Source: an uncultured delta proteobacterium (GTDB lineage: Bacteria; Desulfobacterota; Syntrophorhabdia; Syntrophorhabdales; WCHB1-27). From it: a stretch of DNA of 34,499 nt. Under the pieces are notes generated by a model. It saw nothing but the letters and a program-made list of their open reading frames with translations. It was not told where the DNA came from and did no database searches. A program made the position numbers and the translations under genes. Where the stretch lies: contig CAWEPK010000020.1 in the NCBI GenBank assembly GCA_963810935.1, positions 1-34,499 on the forward strand, read 5' to 3'. Positions 9,900 to 18,555 of the stretch are shown here, one piece after another; positions within the stretch are counted from its first letter, which is position 1, and every line of letters starts with the position of its first letter.

Positions 9900-11603
9900 A
9901 TGGTCCAACATGATGTCATTATCGTCGGGGGCGGCCTGGCCGGATTGCGCGCAGCAGTCGGCCTTTGCGACAAGTACGACGTGGCCCTCGTATCCAAAGT
10001 ACACCCCATAAGGTCCCATTCCATAGCGGCCCAGGGGGGCATCAACGCAGCCCTCGCAAACAACCCGGACGGCAAAGACGACACGTGGGAAAAGCACACC
10101 TTCGACACGATCAAGGGGAGCGATTACCTCGCCGACCAGGACGCGGTCGAGATCATGTGCAAAGAAGCGATCAACATCGTCTATGAGATGGAGCATTGGG
10201 GCTGCCCCTTCAGCCGCTTCCCGGACGGCACGATAGCCCAGCGCCCGTTCGGCGGCGCAGGCTTCCCGAGGACCTGCTTCTCGGCAGACCTGACAGGCCA
10301 CGTGCTCCTCAACACGCTTTACGAGAGGGCGGTAGCGAGGGGCGTCAAGGTCTATTACGAATACGTAGCCATCGGGCTGGCGGAGGAGGAAGGCACATGC
10401 CACGGCGTAGTCCTTATCGACCAGGTCAAAGGTGAAGTTATCCCCGTCATGGCGAAGGCGACGCTTTTCGCCACGGGCGGCTACGGCCGGATTTACCTCC
10501 ACTCGACCAACGCCCTGATCAACAACGGCAGCGGCATCGGCATGGCATACGCGGCTGGCGTCTCGATGAAAGACATGGAGTTCGTCCAGTTCCATCCGAC
10601 CACGCTCTTAGGCAGCAACATCCTCATGTCCGAGGCCTGCCGGGGCGAGGGCGCTTACCTCGTCAACAACAAGGGCGAGCGCTTCATGCAGCGGTACGTG
10701 CCGAAGGCCATGGAGCTTGCCCCGCGCGATATCGTGTCGAGGAGCATACAGTCGGAGATCGAGGCGGGCAACGCCTTCGAGAACGAGCTGGGCAAATACG
10801 TGCATCTCGACCTGCGTCACCTCGGTGCGAAGAAGATACTCGAAAGGCTCCCGGGCATACGCAACATGTCGATCGATTTCTCGGGGGTCGATCCCATCAA
10901 CGAGCCGATCCCCATCATGCCGTGCCAGCACTACTCGATGGGCGGCATCGATACGAATGAGGCCGGCGAGACGGTGCTTAAAGGCTTTTATGCAGCGGGC
11001 GAGTGCGCCTGCGTGAGCGTCCACGGCGGGAACAGGCTGGGCGGCAACTCGCTTCTGGACACCATCGTCTTCGGCAAAATCTGCGCGGGCAGCATCGACA
11101 AATACCTCCGCGCAGGGGGGGTGGCGCCGCGTGAGGCAGCGGTCGCCCGGAAAAAAGAGGAGATGGAGAAGAAGATCCGCAAGCTGTCGGACGAAGGAAG
11201 CGAAAAACCGTTCGCCGTGCTCGAAGAGCTGCGGAAAACGATGGACGAATACGTCGGCATATTCAGGACCAGGGCCGAGCTTGAGACGGGCCTTCAAAGG
11301 GTGCTGGCAATTAAGGAAAAATACAAGCGCGTGAGGCTTACGTCCGCGGCCCTCCATATGAACTACGAGCTTATCGGCGCCCTCGAGCTTGAGTCGATGA
11401 TCGAGGTGGCCCACGCCACCGCGCTCGGGGCGCTTTTGCGCGAAGAAAGCAGGGGCGCCCATTACAGGCGTGATTTCACGAAGAGGAACGACCAGGATTG
11501 GCTCAAGCACACGCTCGCGACAAAGGGCCCTGACGGGGAGCTGTCCATCTCGTACAGGCCCCCCGTTATCACCAGGTACCAGCCGATGGAGAGGACCTAT
11601 TGA
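9900..11603 (+). CDS. sdhA: Succinate dehydrogenase/fumarate reductase flavoprotein subunit
   Basis: GGGLAG, RSHSIAAQGG (covalent FAD His), QFHPT, EACRGEG, APRD, HYSMGG, HGGNRLGGNSL, ESRGAH; no signal peptide. Confidence 0.96.
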   Translation: MVQHDVIIVGGGLAGLRAAVGLCDKYDVALVSKVHPIRSHSIAAQGGINAALANNPDGKDDTWEKHTFDTIKGSDYLADQDAVEIMCKEAINIVYEMEHWGCPFSRFPDGTIAQRPFGGAGFPRTCFSADLTGHVLLNTLYERAVARGVKVYYEYVAIGLAEEEGTCHGVVLIDQVKGEVIPVMAKATLFATGGYGRIYLHSTNALINNGSGIGMAYAAGVSMKDMEFVQFHPTTLLGSNILMSEACRGEGAYLVNNKGERFMQRYVPKAMELAPRDIVSRSIQSEIEAGNAFENELGKYVHLDLRHLGAKKILERLPGIRNMSIDFSGVDPINEPIPIMPCQHYSMGGIDTNEAGETVLKGFYAAGECACVSVHGGNRLGGNSLLDTIVFGKICAGSIDKYLRAGGVAPREAAVARKKEEMEKKIRKLSDEGSEKPFAVLEELRKTMDEYVGIFRTRAELETGLQRVLAIKEKYKRVRLTSAALHMNYELIGALELESMIEVAHATALGALLREESRGAHYRRDFTKRNDQDWLKHTLATKGPDGELSISYRPPVITRYQPMERTY

Positions 11604-12364
11604 CGGACGCGGCAAGCGATATTTACACGTTCAGGGTACTGCGGTACGACGCGAAGACGCCGGAGGCTAAGCCCTCCTTCTCGTCCTACCGCGTTCGGGT
11701 GATCCCCGGCCTGACGGTCCTTACGGTCCTTAACCGGATACGCGACGAGATCGACGGCACGCTGGCTTTCCGCTCGTCGTGCAGGGCGGCCACGTGCGGC
11801 TCGTGCGCGATGATCATCAACGGAAAGCCCGGCCTTGCGTGCAGGACGCAGATAGCCGTGGCGTCCGCGGGCAAGCTGGAGCTTGTGCTGGAGCCCCTGC
11901 CGAATTTCCGGATCGTCAAGGACCTCGTCGTCGATATGGCCCCCTTCTGGGAGGCGTACGAGCGGATCAAGCCCTTCATGATAAGGAAAAGCGCGGACCC
12001 GGATAAAGAGATATTCCAGAGCGAGGAAGACAGGCAGCGGATCGACCAGTTCGTCAACTGCGTGCTCTGCGCATGCTGCTACGGCGCGTGCGAGGCGTTG
12101 CGGCGCGAGCCTGACTACCTGGGGCCCGCCGCGCTGGCGAAGCTCCAGAGGTTCATGCTCGACTCCCGCGACGAGAGACCCGACGCCTTCCTACGGTCGG
12201 TTGACTCGCAAACGGGCGTCTGGGGGTGCGATACGCTCTTCCGGTGCATCGACGCGTGCCCCAAAGAGGTCCGGCCGACGGACGGCATCGTCGGCCTGCG
12301 GAAGAGGCTCGTAAAATACAGGCTTAAGCGGCTCTTCGGCGCGGGCGGCGGCAATGAAGATTGA
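11600..12364 (+). CDS. sdhB: Succinate dehydrogenase/fumarate reductase iron-sulfur subunit
   Basis: SCRAATCGSC...C ([2Fe-2S]), CVLCACCYGAC ([4Fe-4S]), CDTLFRCIDACP ([3Fe-4S]-type); DLVVD motif. Confidence 0.95.
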   Translation: MTDAASDIYTFRVLRYDAKTPEAKPSFSSYRVRVIPGLTVLTVLNRIRDEIDGTLAFRSSCRAATCGSCAMIINGKPGLACRTQIAVASAGKLELVLEPLPNFRIVKDLVVDMAPFWEAYERIKPFMIRKSADPDKEIFQSEEDRQRIDQFVNCVLCACCYGACEALRREPDYLGPAALAKLQRFMLDSRDERPDAFLRSVDSQTGVWGCDTLFRCIDACPKEVRPTDGIVGLRKRLVKYRLKRLFGAGGGNED

Positions 12365-12824
12365 TTATTCCTTTGTAACGCGCAGGACTTTCCTTAATAC
12401 GCTTTTAGGCGGCTGGCTCGCCTCCTTCGCGTTCGGCAGCCTCGTTGCCCTTTACAGGTTCGCGTTCCCGACGCTGGGGAAGGAGCCGGACTTCGTCGTT
12501 CTCAGGCCCGAAGACTTTCTGAACATCCCGGCCAACTCGACGAAGCCCTTCGCCTGGGGAGGCAAAGTCGGCCTCTTCCTCAAGAAGGCGGACAACAAGC
12601 TGGTGGCGCTCAAGGGCGTCTGCTCGCACATGGAGTGCAACATCGTCTACAAGCCGGAGGACAGAAAATTCTACTGCCCCTGCCACAAGGGGTGGTTCGA
12701 CGAGAACGGAAAGAACGTGGACGGCCCTCCGCCCAAGCCGCTGGAGTTCTTCGAGTACAGGGTGGAGGACAAGAAGCTGATCGTTTACAGGAAAGGGGTA
12801 AAGGTTGAGCTTCCCAAAGCTTAA
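12354..12824 (+). CDS. Rieske [2Fe-2S] protein of a Rieske/cytochrome b complex
   Basis: TRRTFL twin-arginine motif plus TM helix; CSHMEC and CPCH boxes; GPPPKPL proline loop. Confidence 0.93.
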   Translation: MKIDYSFVTRRTFLNTLLGGWLASFAFGSLVALYRFAFPTLGKEPDFVVLRPEDFLNIPANSTKPFAWGGKVGLFLKKADNKLVALKGVCSHMECNIVYKPEDRKFYCPCHKGWFDENGKNVDGPPPKPLEFFEYRVEDKKLIVYRKGVKVELPKA

Positions 12825-13872
12825 GGGCTGGATCACCGAGCGCTACGACGTGGCGGATGAGATGCGCGATATCGCCCGCCACAAGCTCGTGCCTGTCCAT
12901 AGTCGTGAGATCTGGTACTACACGGGCGGCGCCGTCCTCTTCCTCTTTATCGTCCAGTTCCTGACAGGCATTGCCCTGGCCTTTTATTACGTGCCCTATT
13001 TCGAGAAGGCCCACGAGAGCGTCGTCGAGATCGTGACGAAGCTCAACATGGGGTGGTTTTTCCGCTCCCTCCACCACTGGGGCGCGCAGGCCGCGATATT
13101 CGTCATGTTCGTCCACGTGTTCGCCACCTTGCTCCTGAAATCTTACAGGAAGCCCAGGGAGCTGCTCTGGATATCCGGCTTTTGCCTCCTCGGCATCTCC
13201 ATCTTCTTCGGCCTGTCCGGCTACTTCCTCCTGTGGGACGAGCGGGCCTTCGCCGCAGTGCGCGTGGCAACGGGAGGCGCGGGCAACCTGCCGATCTTCG
13301 GAGGATGGATAAGAGCCTTCCTGCGGGGCGGCATCGACGTGACCGGCGAGACGCTCACCCGCTTCTACGCCTTCCACGTCTGCCTGCTGCCTTTACTGGT
13401 GCTCGCCATAGCCGGCTTTCACCTTCTTCTGGTCCAGTTCCACGGGATGAGCGTGCCCGTGTCACAGAAGGGCAAGGACCTGAAACAGGTCCCCTTCTTC
13501 CCGAATATACTCTACCGGGACTTCATTATCTGGCTCGTCGCGCTCGGCGTCATCGTCACCCTGGCTACTCTGCTGCCGCCGGAGATCGCCAAAAAGGCCG
13601 ACCCGCTCGCGCCGGCGCCCGAGGGTGTGAAGCCGGAATGGTATTTCCTCTTCCTCTTCCAGACGCTGAAATTATTCCCCGGCACAATCGCCGGCATGAA
13701 CGGCGAGACGATCGCCATAGTCCTTATAAGCCTCGGGATCCTTTTCTTCTTCCTGCTGCCCTTCTTCGACAGGAAGTCGAGCCTGGAAGAGCGCAGCCCG
13801 CTGTTTACGGCAATCGGCATCGCCTACCTGATCTACTTCGTCGTCATGACGATAGTGGGCTATGTGACATGA
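12805..13872 (+). CDS. Cytochrome b subunit of a bc-type complex (unsplit)
   Basis: Heme ligands in RSLHHWGA, FVHVF, YAFHV, GFHLL; YRKPREL.W, TLTRFY, KPEWYFL Qo motif; TTG start overlaps the Rieske end. Confidence 0.94.
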   Translation: MSFPKLKGWITERYDVADEMRDIARHKLVPVHSREIWYYTGGAVLFLFIVQFLTGIALAFYYVPYFEKAHESVVEIVTKLNMGWFFRSLHHWGAQAAIFVMFVHVFATLLLKSYRKPRELLWISGFCLLGISIFFGLSGYFLLWDERAFAAVRVATGGAGNLPIFGGWIRAFLRGGIDVTGETLTRFYAFHVCLLPLLVLAIAGFHLLLVQFHGMSVPVSQKGKDLKQVPFFPNILYRDFIIWLVALGVIVTLATLLPPEIAKKADPLAPAPEGVKPEWYFLFLFQTLKLFPGTIAGMNGETIAIVLISLGILFFFLLPFFDRKSSLEERSPLFTAIGIAYLIYFVVMTIVGYVT

Positions 13873-13883
13873 AGGAGCGCTTA

Positions 13884-14129
13884 ATGAAAGGACTCCTTTC
13901 CCTCATCGCAGCTTTCCTGTCTACCGCAGCCGGCCCTGCGGCTGCCGAACAAATCAGCCTGCTTCCGCCGTCGGCCTACGACCGCTCCGAGATATACCTC
14001 AACCTGGCCTTTTTCTGGATCGGCATCATCGTGCTCATAGTGCTGATACGGTTCAAGCTGCGGGAGACGGAGCGCGTGCAGGCGATGGAAACAAAAGAGA
14101 ACGGCGAAACAACGCCTTTGCTCGAATAG
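13884..14129 (+). CDS. Small membrane protein (signal-peptide-like N-terminus plus one TM helix)
   Basis: GAAGGAG RBS then MKGLLSLIAAFLSTAAGPAAA-EQ...LAFFWIGIIVLIVLIRFKLRE; alternative ATG 13869 overlaps the cyt b stop (ATGA). Confidence 0.7.
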   Translation: MKGLLSLIAAFLSTAAGPAAAEQISLLPPSAYDRSEIYLNLAFFWIGIIVLIVLIRFKLRETERVQAMETKENGETTPLLE

Positions 14130-14236
14130 TACGTGCGCTGAACGACCGGCCTATTGCCTGTTTCGTCAAACGCGCTCCAGGGAGGCGGGATTCTGCAATA
14201 ATTTTTCGATAAAGCGCTAAAACAAGGGGGGGAATT

Positions 14237-15637
14237 ATGTGCGCGGAAAAGGTCAAGCTAAGCAAAGACACGAAGATGGCGATGGTCTCCCAGTTCTTAG
14301 GCTTCATGCTCGATGCCTACGACATGGCCCTGGTCCTGGTTATGGCGCCTATCCTCGTGAAGGTCTTCGCGTCCCCGAAAGGGAGCGAGGCCTGGCAGTA
14401 CATCACCGTCGTCTTCACCTATTCGATCACGATGGCCGCAAGGCCCGTCGGCTCGGCAATTTTCGGCCATTACGCGGACAAGATAGGGCGTAGGCGCCTG
14501 CTCGTCATGACAATAGCCGGCGTCGGCGTCATGTCGGGCGTTGCCGGCTTCCTCCCTACCTATGCGCAGATAGGCGTCTGGTCGTACGTCCTTTTCTGCG
14601 TCCTCCGCTTCGTGATGGGCTGTTTCTTCGGCGGGGAATATGCAGTGGGCCACACGTTCGCCATAGAGCATGCCCCTTCCAAGAAGCGCGGGACAATCGG
14701 CGGCTTCGTCCAGTCCGGCTTCCCCCTGGGCTACGTGCTGGCTTCCCTGGTATTCGCCTTCATTTCCATTTTCGCCGGGAAGGCCGCCATGTCTTCCTAC
14801 GGCTGGCGCATCGCCTTCATGACCGGCATCATCCCCGTGCTCCTGGCGCTCTATATCAGGCGGATGCTGCCGGAATCGCCCGAGTTCGAAAAGGCCAAGG
14901 CGAGGGGCGACGTGGAAAAGGCGCCTTTCTTCAGCCTCTTTAAGCCTCCGGCGCTCTGGGATTTCCTCCAGGTCTTCATTTTCATGACGGGCCTTTTCCT
15001 CACCGATTATTCGGTTTACGGGTTCCTGCCGAACATACTAACCTTAGGCGGGCGCGGCTTCGACCCGACTACCTACAGCCTCATCTACGGCTTCGCGCTC
15101 TTTATGGCCTTCCTGGGCTACAACTTCTACGGCTGGCTTTCCGACCGCACGGGAAGGAAGTCGCTCACCATGTGGTATTGCGTCTTCCTCGTCGTCTTCG
15201 GCATCCCCGTCTACTATGTGCTCTACAACGCAGCCGTAGCCCACAACATCGCCCTCGCCGTAGTAGGCACGGTGATGGCGGCGATGCTCAAGCTCGCATG
15301 GGGCATCGTGCCTGCCTACCTATCGGAACGCTTCCCGACCAGGAGGCGGGCCGTCGGCGTCGGCTTCGGCTACTCGGCTGGCGCCCTCATCGGCGCGGGC
15401 TTCAGCCTGTACGTCTGGTATGCCCATAACATCCCTTACATAAAGTCGATAGAGGGGAAGGACATGTGGCTCTCCCCCGCAGTAATACTGACGGTCGGCG
15501 CTATCATCACGTTCTGCAGCCTGCTCTATAGTCCGGAGACGAAAGGCATAGAGTTGTCGGACGTGGTAGCCGGCAAAGGCAGGAAGGCCGGGGCGGCCCC
15601 CGGAAAAGCGGAGGCCGGCGGTGTAGGAACGGTATAA
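14237..15637 (+). CDS. MFS transporter (metabolite:H+ symporter-like)
   Basis: LDAYD, ARPVGSAIFGHYADKIGRR, GGEY, SDRTGRK, SERFPT, PETKG motifs; about 12 TM. Confidence 0.92.
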   Translation: MCAEKVKLSKDTKMAMVSQFLGFMLDAYDMALVLVMAPILVKVFASPKGSEAWQYITVVFTYSITMAARPVGSAIFGHYADKIGRRRLLVMTIAGVGVMSGVAGFLPTYAQIGVWSYVLFCVLRFVMGCFFGGEYAVGHTFAIEHAPSKKRGTIGGFVQSGFPLGYVLASLVFAFISIFAGKAAMSSYGWRIAFMTGIIPVLLALYIRRMLPESPEFEKAKARGDVEKAPFFSLFKPPALWDFLQVFIFMTGLFLTDYSVYGFLPNILTLGGRGFDPTTYSLIYGFALFMAFLGYNFYGWLSDRTGRKSLTMWYCVFLVVFGIPVYYVLYNAAVAHNIALAVVGTVMAAMLKLAWGIVPAYLSERFPTRRRAVGVGFGYSAGALIGAGFSLYVWYAHNIPYIKSIEGKDMWLSPAVILTVGAIITFCSLLYSPETKGIELSDVVAGKGRKAGAAPGKAEAGGVGTV

Positions 15638-15647
15638 AAGGCGGCGC

Positions 15648-15682
15648 GCAGGCGTCTTGGCGAAATTGTCTAGGACGCCTGC
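15648..15682. terminator. Hairpin between convergent MFS and AddB-like genes
   Basis: GCAGGCGTCTTGG pairs with CTAGGACGCCTGC (13 bp with G-U pairs) and overlaps the AddB-like stop; no clear U-tract. Confidence 0.5.
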
Positions 15683-18555
15683 CACTGGGTGCCGCAGAGA
15701 TACCTGTAGTCGCAGAAAAGGCAGGCGTCCTTCGCCCTGTATTCGGGGCTGAAGGACGCCTTCTCGTCTGCAATCTCCCTCATCAGGCGCAGGATCACTT
15801 CACGGGCTTTTGCATTATGTGCCGCCTTCTCCTCGTCGTCACCGAAAAGGGGCGCTTCGGTCTTTTCGTCGATGAACGTCCTTCCGAGGAGCAAAAATAG
15901 CGCGTCGGGCACGCCGCCCACAGCCACGCCCGCGTCAGGCTGTGCGCCCTGCGCCCCGTACAGCAGGAGGTAGAAAGGCAGTTGAAGGCTCCCGGCCGCA
16001 TCGGCATATCCCGCCCTGTTGTCCGGGTCGAGGCGGCCGAAATCGACGGCGAGGCGCTTCGCCGATGAGGATATCTTGTAGTCGATTATACAGAGCCGTC
16101 CGCCCCTGGTCTCTGTCCTGTCGATGATCCCTTTGAGCCGAAAACCTGACAATTCCGCGGTCATGCGCCGCTCGAGCCCGTGCACTACAACGGGCATCTC
16201 ATTGACCATGGCCGCCTGGTAACGGATAAGGAACGCCTCCATCCGGCTCAACACCTGCCGCTTCAGAAGGTAAGCGGGGCCGATGGGCGACGGCCCGTAG
16301 GATTTCTCGAACACGCGGGACGCAACCGCGCGCATCTCGCCCGTATCGATGTCGGCGGCCGTGAGCAGCCGGCCGGTCCTGTTTCCGAAATATTGGAAGA
16401 GGATGTCGTGGACGAGCCTGCCTATGTCCATCCTCTCTATGTCGGAGGAAGCACCTTCCTTCCGCTCCAGGTCGAGGACGTACCTGTAATAGAAACGGAG
16501 CGGGCACTTGAGGTATGCGTCGAGGGAGGTCGCGTCGTAGGGCCGGGCCTGAAGAAAGGCGGCCATCGCGGCGGTCTTCTCTACGGGCCGGGGCAGCGCG
16601 TTTTCGAGGCTCATCCTGGCGCCGCACGTCCTGACGTGCCTGCCCGTCGCCGACCCGTCCTTTTTCTGCCTTTCCCAGAGCAGCCGTTCTACGAACCTGC
16701 TCTTTTCCTTCCTGTCGTTCTCTACGAAAAAGAGGTGCACCTCGCCCGCGCCCTTCACGAGCGTGTCGAAATAATAGGCGCTCAGCATGTCCCTATCGAT
16801 ATATGTGGGCAGCCCGAGCACCTGTCTTACCTTAAAGGGCAGCAGCGTCTCTTCCTTGCGCGTGTCGGGCAGCACGTCTTCGTTTACGTCGAGCACGCAG
16901 ACGCGCTCGAACGTTAAGGCCCTCGTCTCCAGGAAGCCGAGCACCTGCACCCCCCGGAGCGGCGTGCCCTCGAAAGGCGTGATGCTGTGGGCGATGTATC
17001 TCCTGAAGAAATGGAAGTAGCTGTTCCTCTCGCTGAAGGCAAGGTCCCTGATGCGCGATTTGCGCAAACCATCCAGCTCGTTCAGGAGCGATTCGACGAA
17101 TGGATGAAAGTACGGGTGCAGGCGGGCCGAGCTGCGGTCGTAAATGAAGGTCAGGATGCGTGCCATCCTCTCCGCGAAGTCGGCTATATTGTCGAACGCG
17201 CACGCCTGCCGGACGGATGCATCGTGGATCGTAGAGAGGTGGCACGCAAGGAGGTCGGCCCCCACCGGCTCCCCTGCGGCTGCAAGCCTCTCGGATGCGG
17301 TGTTAAAAACGCCGGTCAGCCCTTCTATCTCTTCAAGGGACGCGAAACTCTTCGTCCTGTCCGCAAGCAGGGTTTCTTCCAGCGCGTGGAACATGATCCT
17401 CGTCACGTCTGTCCTCCCCTCCATATAGATGTTTTTCGTGTAAGGGTGGAGCGCGAAGCCGAGGTAGTCCGGTATGTAGACGCGCCCCTCGTCCATCGAC
17501 GAGACGACCTGCATGAGGCTGACGAGGAAGCCCCACGCAGGCGTGCGGTCGAGCGGATAACCGAGGGAGACGTTGTAGCTCTCGCCGGCAAAGGGCAGGG
17601 CATGGTGAAGCACGGGGAAAAGCGTCTCCGCGGAAGGCAGGACGATCACGGTGGAAAGATCGTCCCCAGGCGGCCGCCCGCCTTCTGCGGCCCCCTTCAG
17701 CACCGAGGCGAGCGCGAAGGCCTGCCCGTGGACATCGGCGCTCTTATAGAAATGTATGCCGTCTTCCCTGCCGTCGCCGTCAGGCGTTGGAGGCTGCCAG
17801 GCAATGCCCACCGTTGCAAGCTTTTCGGCAAGGCCGGGCCCCTCGGTAAAAAGAAAGCAGACGTGCTCCCATGACATAAGCTCCTTGAAGAGCCGCCTTT
17901 CGCTTTCCGTCAGGGCATAGAACCCCGCGAAGACGATGCGCTCGTACGGCATGAGGCCGCGGCTGATCGACGACGAGACGGCCGCGTAACGCTGCGACCT
18001 CGAAGAAAAGCCCGCCTTCCCTATCGCCGCGTAGAACCCCTCGTAAAAGAACGATAGCGATTGAAGGCCGCCGTCCGCCTGCGGCGGCAGGGGCGCCTGA
18101 AAAAGCGGCTCGACCGGGCGCAGGCGGGCAGGCTCCACGCCTTCTATCAGCAGTTCCTCGATGTCCCGGTATATGCGCAGGCCGAGCGGGAAAAACGCCT
18201 CCAGGCTCAAAAACTCCCGCCCACCCAGGGGCTTTTCCATCGACCTGTGTAAGTCGAAAAGGAAGGCTATCGCGTCGATGGTCTCTATCTTCGCCGTCGC
18301 ACTTGCGTCGATCTTTTCGTAGACGCGGTCCATAAGCTCTTCCATCGAGAGGATGGCCGGAGGGATATAACCCGACCCGACGGCTTGGGCGATTATCTTC
18401 CGCAGGAAATGAGCGGGCCTTTTCCCCGGAAAGACGACGAGGTTCCGCGAGAAGTCGCGTCCGTCGGGAATGAGCTGCCTTGCCGCCTCCTCCGCGAGGG
18501 ACTGCGAGGGATGAAGCACCATGTACCGGGCCTCGATCATTGCTTCTTTCGTCAT
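15670..18555 (-). CDS. AddB-like PD-(D/E)XK nuclease subunit
   Basis: VVFPGKR, QVLGFLETR, C-terminal YLKCP...GIIDR...IIDYK...CLFCDYRYLC (four-Cys Fe-S staple); coupled to the helicase by ATGA overlap. Confidence 0.88.
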   Translation of the reverse strand: MTKEAMIEARYMVLHPSQSLAEEAARQLIPDGRDFSRNLVVFPGKRPAHFLRKIIAQAVGSGYIPPAILSMEELMDRVYEKIDASATAKIETIDAIAFLFDLHRSMEKPLGGREFLSLEAFFPLGLRIYRDIEELLIEGVEPARLRPVEPLFQAPLPPQADGGLQSLSFFYEGFYAAIGKAGFSSRSQRYAAVSSSISRGLMPYERIVFAGFYALTESERRLFKELMSWEHVCFLFTEGPGLAEKLATVGIAWQPPTPDGDGREDGIHFYKSADVHGQAFALASVLKGAAEGGRPPGDDLSTVIVLPSAETLFPVLHHALPFAGESYNVSLGYPLDRTPAWGFLVSLMQVVSSMDEGRVYIPDYLGFALHPYTKNIYMEGRTDVTRIMFHALEETLLADRTKSFASLEEIEGLTGVFNTASERLAAAGEPVGADLLACHLSTIHDASVRQACAFDNIADFAERMARILTFIYDRSSARLHPYFHPFVESLLNELDGLRKSRIRDLAFSERNSYFHFFRRYIAHSITPFEGTPLRGVQVLGFLETRALTFERVCVLDVNEDVLPDTRKEETLLPFKVRQVLGLPTYIDRDMLSAYYFDTLVKGAGEVHLFFVENDRKEKSRFVERLLWERQKKDGSATGRHVRTCGARMSLENALPRPVEKTAAMAAFLQARPYDATSLDAYLKCPLRFYYRYVLDLERKEGASSDIERMDIGRLVHDILFQYFGNRTGRLLTAADIDTGEMRAVASRVFEKSYGPSPIGPAYLLKRQVLSRMEAFLIRYQAAMVNEMPVVVHGLERRMTAELSGFRLKGIIDRTETRGGRLCIIDYKISSSAKRLAVDFGRLDPDNRAGYADAAGSLQLPFYLLLYGAQGAQPDAGVAVGGVPDALFLLLGRTFIDEKTEAPLFGDDEEKAAHNAKAREVILRLMREIADEKASFSPEYRAKDACLFCDYRYLCGTQWQAS

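Noticed and set aside
13053..13868. 358-aa ORF overlapping cytochrome b
   Set aside because: Arg/Pro-rich off-frame shadow; only the last 81-86 codons look like a real protein.
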